The notes beneath the pieces were generated by a model. That model had not been told where the DNA came from. It saw only the letters and a program-made list of their open reading frames with translations, and searched no databases. Shown piece after piece: positions 11,575 through 24,898 of a DNA stretch of 64,000 nucleotides. This DNA comes from Chiloscyllium plagiosum (lineage: Eukaryota): the NCBI RefSeq assembly GCF_004010195.1, contig NC_057719.1, positions 51,590,920 through 51,654,919 of the forward strand, given 5' to 3'. Position 1 is the stretch's first letter. Each line of letters begins with the position of its first letter. A program made the translations under genes and the position numbers.

Positions 11575-12580
11575 AATGCATCTGCTATTTCCAGAGCCAC
11601 TTCCTGAAGTACTTTGGGATGTAGATTATCAGGCCCTGGGGATTTATCAGCCTTCAATCCCCTCAATGTTCCCAACTGATCTCCCTCAGTTTAGATTAGG
11701 TTAGATTGATTACAGTGTGGAAACAGGCCCTTCAGCCCAACAAGTCCACACTGACCCACCGAAGCGCAACCCACCCAGACCCATTCCCCAACATTTACCC
11801 CTTCACCTTCACTACGAGCAATTTAGCATGGCCAATTCACCTAACCTGCACATTTTTAGACAGTGGTAGGAAACCGGAGGAAACCCACACAGGCACTGGG
11901 AGAACATGCAAACTCCACATAGTCGCCTGAAGCGGGAATTGAACCCAGGTCTCTGGCACTGTGAGGCAGCAGTGCTAACCACCGTGCCACCCAAATTCTT
12001 CCCCCTCTCTAAATCTTGCATTCTCCAACATTTCTGATGTCTGATTTGTGTCCTCTTTTGTGATACATACTTTGGTTCTGTCTTCAGTTGCTCAGCCGTT
12101 TCTTTGTCCCCTGTTATACATTCTCCCATTTCTGTCTATAGGGGACCTATGTTTATCTTTGCTCTTATCTCTTTCTCTTCACGTACTTATAAAAACTCTT
12201 AGTATCAGTTCCTGTGTTCCCTGCAAGCTTACTTTTGTACTGTATGTTCCCCTTAATCAATCGCTTGGTCCTTTGCTGAATTCTAAACTGCTCCCAATCC
12301 TCAGACCTTATTTTTCTTGGCCAATCTGTATGCTTCTTCCTTGGATCGGATATCATCTCTAGTTTTCTTTTGTAATCCATGGATTGGCCCTCTTACCCAT
12401 TTTGTCTCTGTGCTAGATATGCCAAAAAACAGTTGTTGCAATTCTCCCATGCGTTCCTTGAACGTTTGCCATTGTCTGTCCACTGTCATCCCTTTTTTAA
12501 GTAACTGTACAATCTATCAAGACCAACCCATGCCTCATATCTTCATAGTTTCCTTTAATACGATTCAGTACCCTAGTCAC
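11575..12580 (-). mobile_element. CR1 LINE ORF2 fragment split by a SINE insertion
   Basis: Minus-strand peptides MTVDRQWQTFKERM and DTKSFYKYVKRKR typical of the CR1 ORF2 linker. Confidence 0.75.
11691..11992 (-). mobile_element. HE1-type tRNA-derived SINE
   Basis: Reverse complement of the copies at 43608 and 45955; A/B boxes, AATCT-repeat tail. Confidence 0.9.
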
Positions 12581-15284
12581 TCTATACCTGTGTATAGGAG
12601 TGTTATTTTTGTTTAAGAGTGAAGGAAGGCTGGTGGAAGATGTGGACACTGTGGCTGGAGTAGGAGAGAAGGAGGCTGCTAAGATAAATGAATTATCTTC
12701 TTTTCGTCAGGCAGACTATTTTTAAAGATGGCATGCAGAATGTAAAATAGACAAGCATTTGTTTCTATTGCTTGAGAATGACGTCAGTTTTCTTTTTGCA
12801 CCACTTTCATAGGAAACTGAGCCATTCCTGAAAGAATAATGTAATAATGGGAACTCAATTCCACCTTGGAGCATTTGAGGAATTCCCTGAGCAGAATGGC
12901 TTCAAGATCGCTTCAGCACCACATTACCCAAGAGGACATCTTTTTAAAGATCAGTGAGATGTCAGTTTTGCAGACACCATGACCAGAGCCAGTTTTATGA
13001 CTGGATTAAAATAAATGCTGTTTTTATTAAATTATGATTTTTTTTTATTAGGTGTTCTGGGGGTGCCATCTGTGTTCCAATCTCCATTGAGTCAATCAGA
13101 ATGTGGCAACAGAACAATTTGAATCCAGTTGTTGTTACATGGAATGTCAGTATATTCCAAGGATTTGTTCAGTATTTTGGGGACTGTATTCTATAATTCC
13201 ATCTGATTACATAAATACTCTCTTCAGTTTATGGCAATTAAATGCCATTTTTATTACTGAGTGATTGTAAATCCTTTTTGAGGAATTGCGTTTTGTGTGG
13301 CCTTTTTGATTAGGATAGGCAACTAAACTAACCACTGAATATACTTAACAGTTCCTTTTTGATTGCAAAGGCAGTGGCCCAATTCAAAGGACAGTCAAGA
13401 GTTGTCCCTTTTATCACTCTGCCTTTTACCTGGTTGCTTTTTGTGTTCTTTCTGGTCCTGCCCAACAGGAATTTAACACCTGAGTGGTTTAAATGGAAAT
13501 TATGAATCCAGCAGCATTGTTTTTTTCTTAAAGCATTTTAATGGGCTTTTATTACAAGGTGCCAATATAACTCCAAAAATAACACTTTTAATTTTCAGTA
13601 AATTTTGACAAAGCATCTCAGAAAATGGCAAATTTGTAAATCTGAGCTGCCACCATTTGTCTGCATGGAAACTAGTTAGACTATTTATAGCCTTATTTAT
13701 CTAATATAGCTGTCAATCACAGCATGGTGCATTGTGCAAATTCACACACAAAGTGAAATAACACAAAGTAAATGTGCCTTGCACCAAAGTCTGGGAAAGC
13801 TATTTGAATTCTGTTAGGTGTGAAGTACAAGTGGCTGCAGCTCTACTTTGTTGAAATTAATTCATCACATTTACACAGAGATTGCATACAAAGCAGCATT
13901 ATCTAAGATCAATTTTCATTCAGCATGATTGTTCTGTTTCTAAATATTTTTAAAATCAATTTGCAAATAGAGTATTGTTTAACCAAATTGAAATTTTCAT
14001 AGAACCAAGCATTTTTTGTCGTTGTTTATCTAAGTTGTATTTGTTCCTCACTGGATTCTGTTATCAGGTCAATGAGGGGATTTATTTTTAAAAATATTTT
14101 AACAATAAAAATGGGGTTTATGAAAATGTTTAGTTGATTAACCTTTGTATAGAGAGCAAGAAGAATCAGATGACTCGTGCATAATTTCTTTTGTAATCTA
14201 CACACAGGGACACAATGAAGGGTTTTTATGATTTTGCAACTAAATGTCACGTATGTGTGAACAAAGCGCAAGAAGTGCGTTTTCATTGGTTTAAAGTCAT
14301 TGAATGAAAATTGGGCTAAACTAGTTACAATAGAGAGATTATGTTCTGATCACTATGGGTTGAATACACTAATTTTCCTTCAAAATGGCAAAATAGACAG
14401 GAGTTATCTTGCACAGAAATATTTATTTTTGCTTTGCCCACAGGAACGCAGTCAAGTTGAATCTTGCGAGGCTTTCAACTTGCCTGGTCTCCTGCACAGC
14501 ATTTTTAAATGAACTGCTAAACGTGATTTAGAGCACAGACACCTCCAGGCTGTGCAATGGTTTTTTTTTCTTTTCAGACCAAAAGCAATGGACTGGACTA
14601 AATCTTTAGAATTTCTTCACAACAAGGAATGCAATTCTAGTGATTAGAGAAAAGAGTTGCATTTTATTTTTGGGGATGAATATAGAATCCCATCTGTGCA
14701 GTTCTTCTTGACTGCATGCTATTCACAGGGTGCCAACAGATGTGTCTATATTGGCCCTTTTTGCATTTTCTGTTCAAAAGAAAATGGCTGCCATGAGCTC
14801 AGTGAGGTGTTTACTTTTGATCAGAGTGTTTAATGCCAGATTTAAAGGATAAAAGCTGAGTGGATTGTTATGCTAGAACGTGAGGTACGAGAAAATTTTG
14901 CACCTCAACTGTAATAGTGAAGAAAATCCAGTTTGACTGGAGATACACTAACTTTAAATGTTAATGATGATGCGGGTAGCTAATTGGCTGCATTCACTTC
15001 ACTTTGGTATTCTTAGGTAAAGAATTTCTTGCATGTTGACATGAATTATTTGTGTGGTGGTGTGAGAAAATGGGAAATCATGAGCATGTGAATACTCTGC
15101 TCTTAGTTTTGGGTTGCAGAAATCTAAGTATTCAATCCACATGTACATATCACAAAGTGTTTCTGCTTCAGATTTGTACAATATAAGACATTACCTCTAG
15201 AATGATAAATAGCAAGGCAAGCAAACTTTTCAATTGTGTAACATGAAGCAATTCTTTTACAGCAACTTAAATCATTGCTTACAC

Positions 15285-15638
15285 AAAAAGTTTGGAATAT
15301 ATTGCAATACCTGTGAAGGTAAAAGTAATTTGTCTCTATTATGTATCGACTGGAGTTATTTCAATTAAAAGTATTGATGCTTGGTTACTGGTATCAGTTA
15401 TGATTCACTACTTGATAACTTACCACCATAGCAGCTACAAATTCAACTGTTTTAGAAAGCATCCTTTAAACTTCATTGTTTTTGTCACACCAAATAAAAC
15501 ATTTATAAAGGCTTAAATTCCCTGGCGGCATGAAATTAACTAATTCTGTCAGCCTGTTGCTAGTCATGGGTATGACAAGTGTATTAAAGGAATTATATAC
15601 CTACCAATTTATTTGTGGAACCAAATTCAGAATCCACT
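15285..15638 (+). repeat. Unclassified dispersed repeat, copy A (orientation arbitrary)
   Basis: Alignable with the reverse complement of 59410-59780. Confidence 0.8.
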
Positions 15639-15639
15639 G

Positions 15640-16410
15640 TGGGGAATAAAACCCAAGCCAATTCACAAACTCTTGATCGCTCAAACCCTCCAACCCTGGC
15701 AACATCATGCTTAAATCTTTTCTGAACCTTTTTTCAAGTTTCACAACACCTTTCCTATAGCAGGGAGACCAGAATTGAACATGTATTCCAGAAGTGGCCC
15801 AAGCATTGTTCTGTATAGACACTTGTCATCCCAATTTCTATAAGCAATGCACTAACCAATAAAGGCAAGCATACTAAACACCACCTTCACTATCTTGTCT
15901 ACCTGCGACTTCACTTGAAAGGAGCTATGCACTTGCACCCCTAGATCTTTGTTTGGCACACTCCCCAGGCCCTGCCATTGATTGGACAAGTCCTACCCTG
16001 GTTTGCCTTACTAAAATGCAGCACCTCACATTTATCTAAATTAAATTCCATCTGCTGCTCCTCAGCCAATTGGCCCATCTGATCAAGGTCCTGTTGAGGT
16101 AACCACCCTCAATGTCTACCACACCATGTATGTTGGTTTCATCTGCAAACTTACTTACCATGCTTCCGATGTTCACATCCAAATCGTTTTAGATATGACT
16201 AAATGCAGTGGACTCAGCACTAATCCTTATGTCACACCACTGGTCACAGGCATTCAGTCTGAAAAGAATACATCTACCGCCATCCTGTTTCCTACCTTCA
16301 AGCCAATTTGTACCCATTTGGCAAGCTCCCCCTGGATCCCATATGATCTAACCCTAATAACCAGTCCTTACTTTCTCCTAACCTTAGTAACCAGTCTGCC
16401 ATGAGAGACT
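15640..16410 (-). mobile_element. CR1 (HER1-like) LINE fragment
   Basis: VQFWSPCYRKGVVKLEK on the minus strand. Confidence 0.85.
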
Positions 16411-16999
16411 TTGTAGATTTTGAATGTCTTGAAGCATTCAACAATGTAGATTTGCTAAAAGACAAATAAAATGAGACACTTAAAATACTGGGACCACTCC
16501 TACTAGTGCAACGAAGTTAATAAAGCAACCGAAGATGGTGTTATGACTGGTATGGGCTTGCCCCCAGAGGGTATTTCTCACTGGCAATGCTTATGCTTGT
16601 AATATAGGCTGGTGTAGGTACGCAAGAGTCTTGACTAAGCTTAAACTTTTGGATTACAAGAGACATTGAATAGTGTGCTTCCAATATAGTGCCATGCTTC
16701 AAGTCTTCTCCAACAAGGGGTATGAGAACTTTATATCCTTGTGCTACATATTATAAGATCATAAGTATGTATCTTGAAAGTACATTGCATCTCTTGAAAA
16801 TATATTGTGTCTCATGGTTCGATGGTCAATGCAATATTGTGCAAAAAGGAGTTTAGATTCTGACTGTTTCAGTCAAGGCTGGTATAAACCCGATGAGTCC
16901 ATTGTTCTCTGGTTCTGTTCTGATCACTGGAATTTGATAGTTTGTTTGCTCATTAAGTTAAAATATGATATTGACAGTTGATTTTAAAATTGATAGCAA

Positions 17000-17570
17000 A
17001 AATTAAATGGCCTGGGCAATAACGTAACAATTTCATACGTTGACCATCACCCATGATATTCAATGGTGTAATCATCATTGAGCGCCACTCTTTCCCCCCC
17101 CCCTCCCCCCATTATCAACATCCTGGGAGTTGACATTGGCCAGACAATGAACTGGACCAGCTATATAATTATAGTGATGTGAACAGGTCAGGGGCTAGGA
17201 ATTCTGCAGCAAGGAATGTGCCTCCTGTCTCCCCAATGTCTGTATTCCATCTGCAAAGCACAAGTCAGCAGTGTTGTGGAATACCCTGCACTTGCCTGGA
17301 TGGATGGATGCAGCTCCAACAACTATCTTATACCATCCAGAACAAATAAGCTCACTTGATTCACATCCTATTCATCACCTTTTAACATTCACTTACTTCA
17401 TGCCCAGTGTGCACTGGCAATTATCTGCAAGCTGCACTGCAGTTACTAACCAAGCCTCCAGCGGCAACACCTTCCTATGTTGGAACCTGTATGCAGGGCA
17501 GCCGTGTGTGGGAGCAACAGTCTCTGGAAGTTACCCTCTAAGCCAAACACTACCCTGGCTTGGAATTATA
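17000..17570 (+). mobile_element. Old CR1-group LINE 3' fragment
   Basis: Same family as 8500-9020. Confidence 0.6.
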
Positions 17571-17574
17571 TGAC

Positions 17575-17955
17575 CACTTTCTGCCAGATAGCCAAGTGTC
17601 TATTCATTCTAGCACTTTGCCTCTAACATCATGGGCCCTTCTCTTACTCAGTAGCCTCTTGTGCATTACCTTTGTCAAAGGCCTTCTTGACCTCCCTCAT
17701 GGATGACGTCCATTGGCTCTCTTTGGTCTAACCTGTTCGTTACTTCCTCAAAGAATACTACAGATTTGTCGGGCATAACCACCCCTTGACGAAACCATGC
17801 TGACCTTGTCCTATTTTACCATGCAGTTCCAAGTGTTATGAAGCTTCATCCTTCACAATGGATTCCAGGATCTTACCCACGACCGGTGGGTAATCGGTCT
17901 GTAATTTTCCATCTTTTGCCTTACTCCCTTTTTAAATGGGTGTCACATTAGCAAA
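17575..17955 (-). mobile_element. CR1 RT fragment
   Basis: Reverse complement encodes SQHGFVKG-like CR1 RT motif (gacgaaaccatgctgac). Confidence 0.7.
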
Positions 17956-19300
17956 AATCTATAGCATACAACGCAGAGAAGATTTACAAGAATAATTCTG
18001 GTATGAAATTTCTGTTTCGCTATATTGCTGAAGCTAGGATTGTTCTCCTTAAAGAGGAGAAGCTTGACAGGATATTAGCAAAAATCGTCAAAATAGTTTT
18101 ATTTATTCATAGGATGTGGGCACTAGTGCCAGACAAAAAGGTCTCCTCTTGAACTGCTATGCTGCTTATGGTGTGGGAGCACCCATAATGCTGTGAGGAA
18201 CGAGGGAAGGAAAGGAGGTGCAGCATTTTGAACCAGCAACAATGAAGGATGGATAATATCATTTCACATTAGGATACTATGTGAATTTGAACTATAGAAT
18301 GTAGGGTTTTCTGTGTTTGAAACAGGTTAATTATTATTATGTTAACTAGTAGCATGTAGGTATTTCTGTAGCTAAGGTGATTTCTTTTAAAAGACAGAGG
18401 CAAAGTCTTCCTGAAGAGTAAAAGGTTTTTACTTACTTTGGGAGAATTTTGAGCAAACAAAATAAACAATGTGTATTATGCACTAGTTTGTGGTTAGGAA
18501 TGTTCTTTCAATTAAGGGAGAAACGCCCATAGTGTAACCTTTTCTCCTATGTTTCAATTTAGGCATTTCTGCCAGGTACTTGGCTGAAGATAGATGTAAA
18601 ATTGCTCCCAAAAAGGGATTAAAGTTAATAAGGTTACCACAGTGCAAGGAGTTCAGCAGTAAACTTTCCAGACCAGAAGTGTTTGGTTACAACACTGACG
18701 AGGATATCTTAATCTACAAGAGTTTAAACACAGTTGTATGAAGGCTGCTGGAAGAAGCAAACATGTTTTCAAGACTGATTTGAGGCCGTAGTTAAAGTCC
18801 TTGCACGTTTGTTCCTCTTGTATTTTTTCCCCATCAATTAGTGGTTGATGGGTTGCACAAAGCAATGTGTTTACATCTTTATTTCTCGGCTATGTCTCCC
18901 AACAGCTGCGCGACCCCCAAAAAGCAAAGTTCACATTGTGCATGCACACTTTGTACTTATTTGGATGTTGCATTTTTAAAAAATTGACAGGCCATTTCAC
19001 AATGAGTGAATGGGACAGAATGACATCATTGGCAGGGGTACTGTCCATATGTGTACTAACAACAATGGAGATTTCAACAGTCATTCCAATTTCTTCACCC
19101 AAATTCAAAGATCACAACTCTTATATTAAAATATATATAAATCACATCTGCATCACTGTATAAAGTGTGACATTTTAAGCTGAATATAGATGAGATAGTT
19201 GTTGTAAAGGGCAGAGAGGGGCAATAGTTGCTAAAGTGTATTCAGGAGAATTTCTGTGATGTATTTTGTGTACAGTGAGAAAGGAGGCATTGCTGAACAT

Positions 19301-19426
19301 TGACTATCACCTGATGAAGGAGCGATGCTCCGAAAGCTAGTGTGCTTCCAATTACACCTGTTGGACTATAACCTGGTGTGATTTTTTAACTTTGTACACT
19401 CCAGTCCAACACCGGCATCTCCAAAT
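19301..19426 (+). mobile_element. Solo 126-bp PLE pLTR unit (family B) with 13-bp target-site duplication
   Basis: CATTGCTGAACAT at 19288-19300 and 19427-19439. Confidence 0.85.
19308..19342 (+). ncRNA. Minimal hammerhead ribozyme motif, family B
   Basis: CAC-CTGATGA-A-GGAGC-GAT-GCTCC-GAA-AGCT-A-GTG: 3-bp stem I (CAC/GTG), 5-bp stem II, palindromic AGCT. Confidence 0.7.
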
Positions 19427-22400
19427 CATTGCTGAACATAGTTCTTCAAAATCAGGTCTGGTATATAAATAAAGTGACAATAAGAAAATATTTAGGGGAC
19501 TGTAATCATATGAAAAGGTTTTAGGTTGCTATTGAAATGACAAGTAATCCAGATTGAGACTAATTGAGAGAATACAATTCAATGGGAGTGAGAATGGATT
19601 TTGTTGAAGTAAACTGAAATAAAAAAATTGGCACGTAAAACTAACTGAACAATGAATTACTTTTATAGTGGAGCTATATCTTGATTTGTATCAGAACTGT
19701 TCCCATGAGGATGATGAGCAGAGCAATCTGAGCACACTGGATGACAAATTAGTAAGATGAAATAGAAATGGTGTGCTTATGAGAGATGTCAGAGATAATA
19801 CGGTTGAGAATCAAGCACAATATAGCAGCTTTAGAAGGAAACGAACTAAAAACAGCAAAAAGTGGAGTAAAGGCATAAGAAACTGGCAATTGATGTAGAT
19901 AAATCCAAAAGTCTTCTCTAGGTATACAAATAGTTAAGGGTGGTAAAAAGAGGAATGGAGCTGATTAAGAACCCATTAAATTATTTACACATGAAGGAAT
20001 GGTGTTTGATTAAGATATTAAGAGGATGCTGTGCAAGTCCTGGTGAAGAAGATACCGTTGAGACATTGAGTTTAAATTTGAGGATATTACTCCATTAGTG
20101 ATCAGGACTTGGTGAAACTCATTACAGGATACCAAGGGAAGGGGGGAAATTAAGGAGGTACTGACCGTAATCTTCAATTTGTCCTTGGGTGCAGAGGTAA
20201 TGCCGGAGTACTGGAGGATTGAACCTGTAACCCCTTTGCTCCAAAAATGATGGAAGGAATCTAACTATAGTCCAGTCTGTTTAACCTGTAGTGAGGAAGC
20301 TTTTAGAAACAATAAGTTGGGACAAAACTAATAGTCATTTGGGAAAATGTGGGAAGCCAACAGAATTTGAGAGTAAATTGTGTTAAGCTAGTTATCTAGA
20401 AATTTTGAGTGACAGAGCAAATTGGGTAATGCTGATGATGTGATGTAGAATTCCAAAAGGTATTTGATAAAGTGCAAACCATGCTAATGAGCAAAGTTAG
20501 CATTCTTCTCCATAGCAGCATTCTATTAATTACCAATTGCCTCTGGAAGAGTGCAAACATTGTTTCTCTTGCATGTTGCATTTCCTCTTAAAGAAAAGAA
20601 ATTGAGTGTTTTTTTTAAAAAATAGGATTCTGGATGACATACTCAGAACAAAGATGCACAAAAAGTTTGGAAAATTTTAAAATTTTCCTCTTTTTGTGTA
20701 TTATTTACTTAAATTGTAGTTGTGCCCAAGTTTTTGAAAATTTTCAACAACATTCGTATTGGAAATGCAGATAACACCAAGGAAGATAGTGATAGGATTC
20801 AAGAGAACATTGGTATACCATCTCTACCTTCTCTAGGGCAAATAGGAATTGGCAACAAATGCCAACAGCGCCAACATCCCTTTTTAAAGTATGATGTTTA
20901 AACAGGCTGGAGTAGGCAATTATGTGGCAGATAAAATTCAACACCTATTGTACGGTTCTTTAATTTGTTAGACAAAATGAGAAAAGTTTGAAGTAGATGG
21001 AGGAAGGTGTTTGTGCACAGATATTTGAAATTTGCTAATTAGCTGCTTTGTCAATATGTTGCCAATGAAATCCTAAACTTAAAAGTCATAGAGCACAAAT
21101 GTCAGGATATACAAATGCACCAGAAAGACTGGCTAATGTATATTTGCCCATTTTGCATGTCATAAATTTGGACTATCATAAGGCAAGCAGATGGAACTAG
21201 AGGATCTTTATTAGGATGGCTGCAGACCTGAGGGATTATTGTGGCAAAGCTGTGGCTGTCTGCCTCTGAGTAAAGGTGGAGATTTGGTCAAGATGTTTAA
21301 AGTTGTTAGTTTAGACATAAATTGTTTCAAGTGATTATTAACTCCACAGCGAGAGGGCACAGATAAGAACCAGAAGTAGTGAGAAGAATTTTCATTTCAT
21401 GCAACAAGTGGTTAGATTTTGGTATGTGCTGCTGTGTAAGTTAGGAGATAGAGATTCTATTTCAACTTTTCAATAAGAATTTGTAAACACTACTTAAGAA
21501 TTGCAAAAATATGGGGAAAGATCGAGGAGTGGGACTATGTGGGTAGATCTTTTGAGGGAGCCAGTGCACTTTGTGGGTGAATAGCTGTCTCCTGTGCTGT
21601 ACTAGTCTATAATTCTGTGACTGTTGTTGAGCATTAGGTGAAAAGAAATCTATTCATCTCTTCACACACTCGAAGCCTCCAGCTGTATTCTTTTAGTTGT
21701 CCAGGCATTATGGTGTTGCAGAAGTATATATAATGCATGGTAATTAAAGGAAATTTACAACATGTTCATGCCAATGTTCTTGTCCTAATAAATACAGTAA
21801 CTGAGCCACTAAAAAGTTAAGTAGGTTGAAGATGTCTTGTTAGTTTTCTTCTCTTTCCTGTTTACCATGCTCCTCTTTCCTGAGAAAAGTAGACTTGCTG
21901 GATTGGTTAAAATAGTTAATAGGCTGCAATAAATGTGTAAATGGCACAGGTATTCCAATAGTAAGAGTGGTTTCTGTAATGTAGTCTGAAGTTGCTTTCT
22001 GGGACTGTGCAAAATCCCATGCAGCTGACTCCGTGGGAGTGGAAAAGGTAATTGAATTTTCCATTGGGCAATTTCCCTGAATTCTCTGAAATAATCCATT
22101 AAAGTCAGCAAATTCTGAGGGATGCTGAGTCACTTAAGCTTAATAGTTCCCTTGGAAAAAGTTTGTTTAAAATTCACTGTGACTCTAGGGTAGGTATTAA
22201 ACGGACCTCCCCCACTTTCACCCAACATAGGTTACTGACTGCTGCAAAAGGGGCTAGTTTCATGTTGATTCTCTCTACTGCTGAGTGTGTGGATTCCTGG
22301 GCAAGATTGTGAAAGGAGACCCATAAGCAGAAAATGTCTCTCGATAAATGGGTAATTTTTAATATAATTGGAGTCAGAAGTGGTTTCTGAGCTCGATCAA

Positions 22401-23909
22401 TGTTTTCATTGTATTTCAGCATCCCTTTTCTGACTCTTATTATGTATAAATTGCAACCTTGTAGATCAGATTTTAAAACTGAGCTCCTCCATACACAATT
22501 GAATTGTCACTAAATATATTCACTTCTATTAATAGAATTTCAATAAATGAATTTCTGCCTTGCATTTTCTTTTCCATTTCTTTTGTTGCTTTATTTTACG
22601 CGCACACGATACTGTCACCAACCTGTCCATTGGAAAGACGGATAATCTCCTTTCAAAGGAGAAGTTGTAGCCCCTAACACTTGGGCATTCCAGAGCAGAT
22701 CAAGATCTTTGACTCAGCTGGCTCTTATGAATGTCTTTGTGTGAAAAATGAGCATTTCATTGAGGGGGCCTGGGCAATTTAAAGTACTTTGACATAATTT
22801 AGTTGCTATATTGCTTTTATTGCCAGTGTTTTGAGAAGAATGAAATCTGAGGGCAGTCTAAGCATGGTCCATTAGTTTTGTTTTCTACCTCATGACTATA
22901 AATTATAACCATTGTTGATCAAAGGCAAAAAAGGCATAATTTTCCATTACTTTTTGTGGGAAGGATGGGACCTGGACTTCTGCCTAATCATCAACTCATC
23001 CCTTAGCCTTCCTCACCTTTTTGTTTTCCTTCCCGTTCTGTCAAACTGTCGTGCTTTTGACATTTTCCTTGGGTGTGTCAAATATGTTGACAAGAAGTGA
23101 GACAAACGACAAAATAACTACAAAATTCAATGATACACATGTTTCTCAGTAAAATGTGGTATTTCCCCTTCCTTTCCTGTTTTGAGAATTATAGACTGGG
23201 GAGAGGTTAATCTGTGTGGCTCCTCGCTGGCAGATGCCACAGAACACAACCATTCTGCTAAAAATGCTTTGTTCTCCAGCATTGATATTCTTTAACTTAG
23301 AACAAATTTGAGACCAATTTTTGAAAATAAGTTGTTACTTCAATTTTGGAATGAAGTTTTGGGAAATTGTGTTGGTAGCTAACTTATTAGAAAACCTGCA
23401 GTTGCCACTGACATGAGTCTTGCATGATCAAAACATTTTTGAAATGGAAGCTAAGGGAAGTGTAATAAAAACTTGTGTTTTTTATTCTTAAATACTTGTA
23501 CTTTATTGGGTTATTGGAGACATTTGGACTGAAGTTAAACTACATTGCTATTTTAATATAGTGAAGCTTAAATTTTATTTTTAGTTGACGCAAATAGATT
23601 TTAGCAAAGAGGAAATAGCTCAAAATACCATTTTTAATCTTTTGCCATCTTCCTGTATAATGACAAGTTATTTCATTCTGTGTCTCCAAGTGAAATTTAA
23701 AATGACACTTGTGGTGTTGTCACTTTTTGATTTTTGTTAAACAAAAACAACAGAAATGAGCCTATAATAGCACACTGTAAATGACTGGTTTAGGGTTGAG
23801 CCAAGAGCAAGTATTGTACCAAAAATAGAGTGAAATATTTAAGTTGATGAATAGTTATTTTAACATAAGAGTGGCTTCTGAAGCAAATTACTTGGAAGTA
23901 ACTTCTGTG

Positions 23910-24898
23910 CTTGAAGGTAGAAGACAGTGCGTGATGGTGGAGGGTTGCTTCTCAGACTGGAGATCTGTGACCAATGGTGTGCCACAAAGATCGGTGTTGG
24001 GTCCACTGCTTTTCGTCATTTATATAAATTATTTGGATGCGAACACAGGAGGTATAGTTAGTAAGTTTGCAGATGACACCAAAATTGGAGGTGTAGTGGA
24101 CAGTGAAGAAGGTTACCTCCGATTACAACGAGATTTTGATCAGATGGGCTAATGAGCTGAGGATAGGCAGATGGAGTATAATTTAAAGAAATGCGAGATG
24201 GAAAGGCAAATCAGAACAGGACTTGTACACTTAACGGTAAGGTCCTAGGAGTGTTGCTGAATGAAGAGACCTTGGAGTGCAGGTTCACAGTTCCTTGAAA
24301 GTGGAGTTGCAGCTAGATAGGATAGTGAAGGTGTTTGGTATGTTTTCCTTTACTCGTCAGAGCATTGAGTAAAGGAGTTGGGAGGTCATGTTGTGGCTGT
24401 ACAGGACATTGGTTAGGCTGCTTTTGGAACATTGCGTGCAATTCTGGTCTCCTTCCCATTGGAAGGATGTTGTAAATCTTGAAAGGGTTCAGAAAAGATT
24501 GATGTGGATGTTGCCAGGTTTGGAGAATTTTAGCTATAGGGAGAGGCTGAATAGGCTAGGGCTGTTTTCACTGGAGCGTCGGAGGTTGAGGGGGTGGCCT
24601 TTATATAGGTTTATAAAATCATGAGAGGCGTAAATAGGCAAAATCTTTTCTCTGGGTGGGGAGTCCAGAACTAGAGGGCATAGGTTTGGGTGAGAAGGGA
24701 AAAATTTAAGAGACCCTTGGGATAACTTTTTCACACAGAAGGTAGTGCGTGTATGGAATGAGTTGCCAAAGGAAATGATGGATGCTGGTATAGTTACAAC
24801 ATTTAAAAGGCATCTGGATGAGTACATGAATAGGAAGGGTTTAGAGGGATATGGGTCAAGTGCTGGCAACCGGGACTAAATTAAGCTAGGATATATGG
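23910..24898 (+). mobile_element. CR1 (HER1-like) LINE 3' part; its tail resumes at ~26546-26607
   Basis: GVPQRSVLGPLLFVIYIN...SKFADDTK RT motifs. Confidence 0.9.

Larger units (their letters stand above)
19205..21620 (+). mobile_element. Old fragmented CR1 LINE (endonuclease end to 3' UTR)
   Basis: Degenerate KCIQENF..RKEALL, NYSPVCLT and FQKVFDKV motifs; 3' tail near 21600. Confidence 0.6.

Noticed and set aside
15292..15516. Similar short ORFs at 15292 and 59481 suggesting a small gene family
   Set aside because: Similarity reflects the shared repeat DNA; non-ATG starts, and the inverted blocks break peptide similarity
18515..19160. Overlapping ORFs in apparently unique sequence
   Set aside because: No recognisable protein motif, splice structure or TIR
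21809..22133. 97-100 aa minus-strand ORFs
   Set aside because: Non-ATG starts and no recognisable homology
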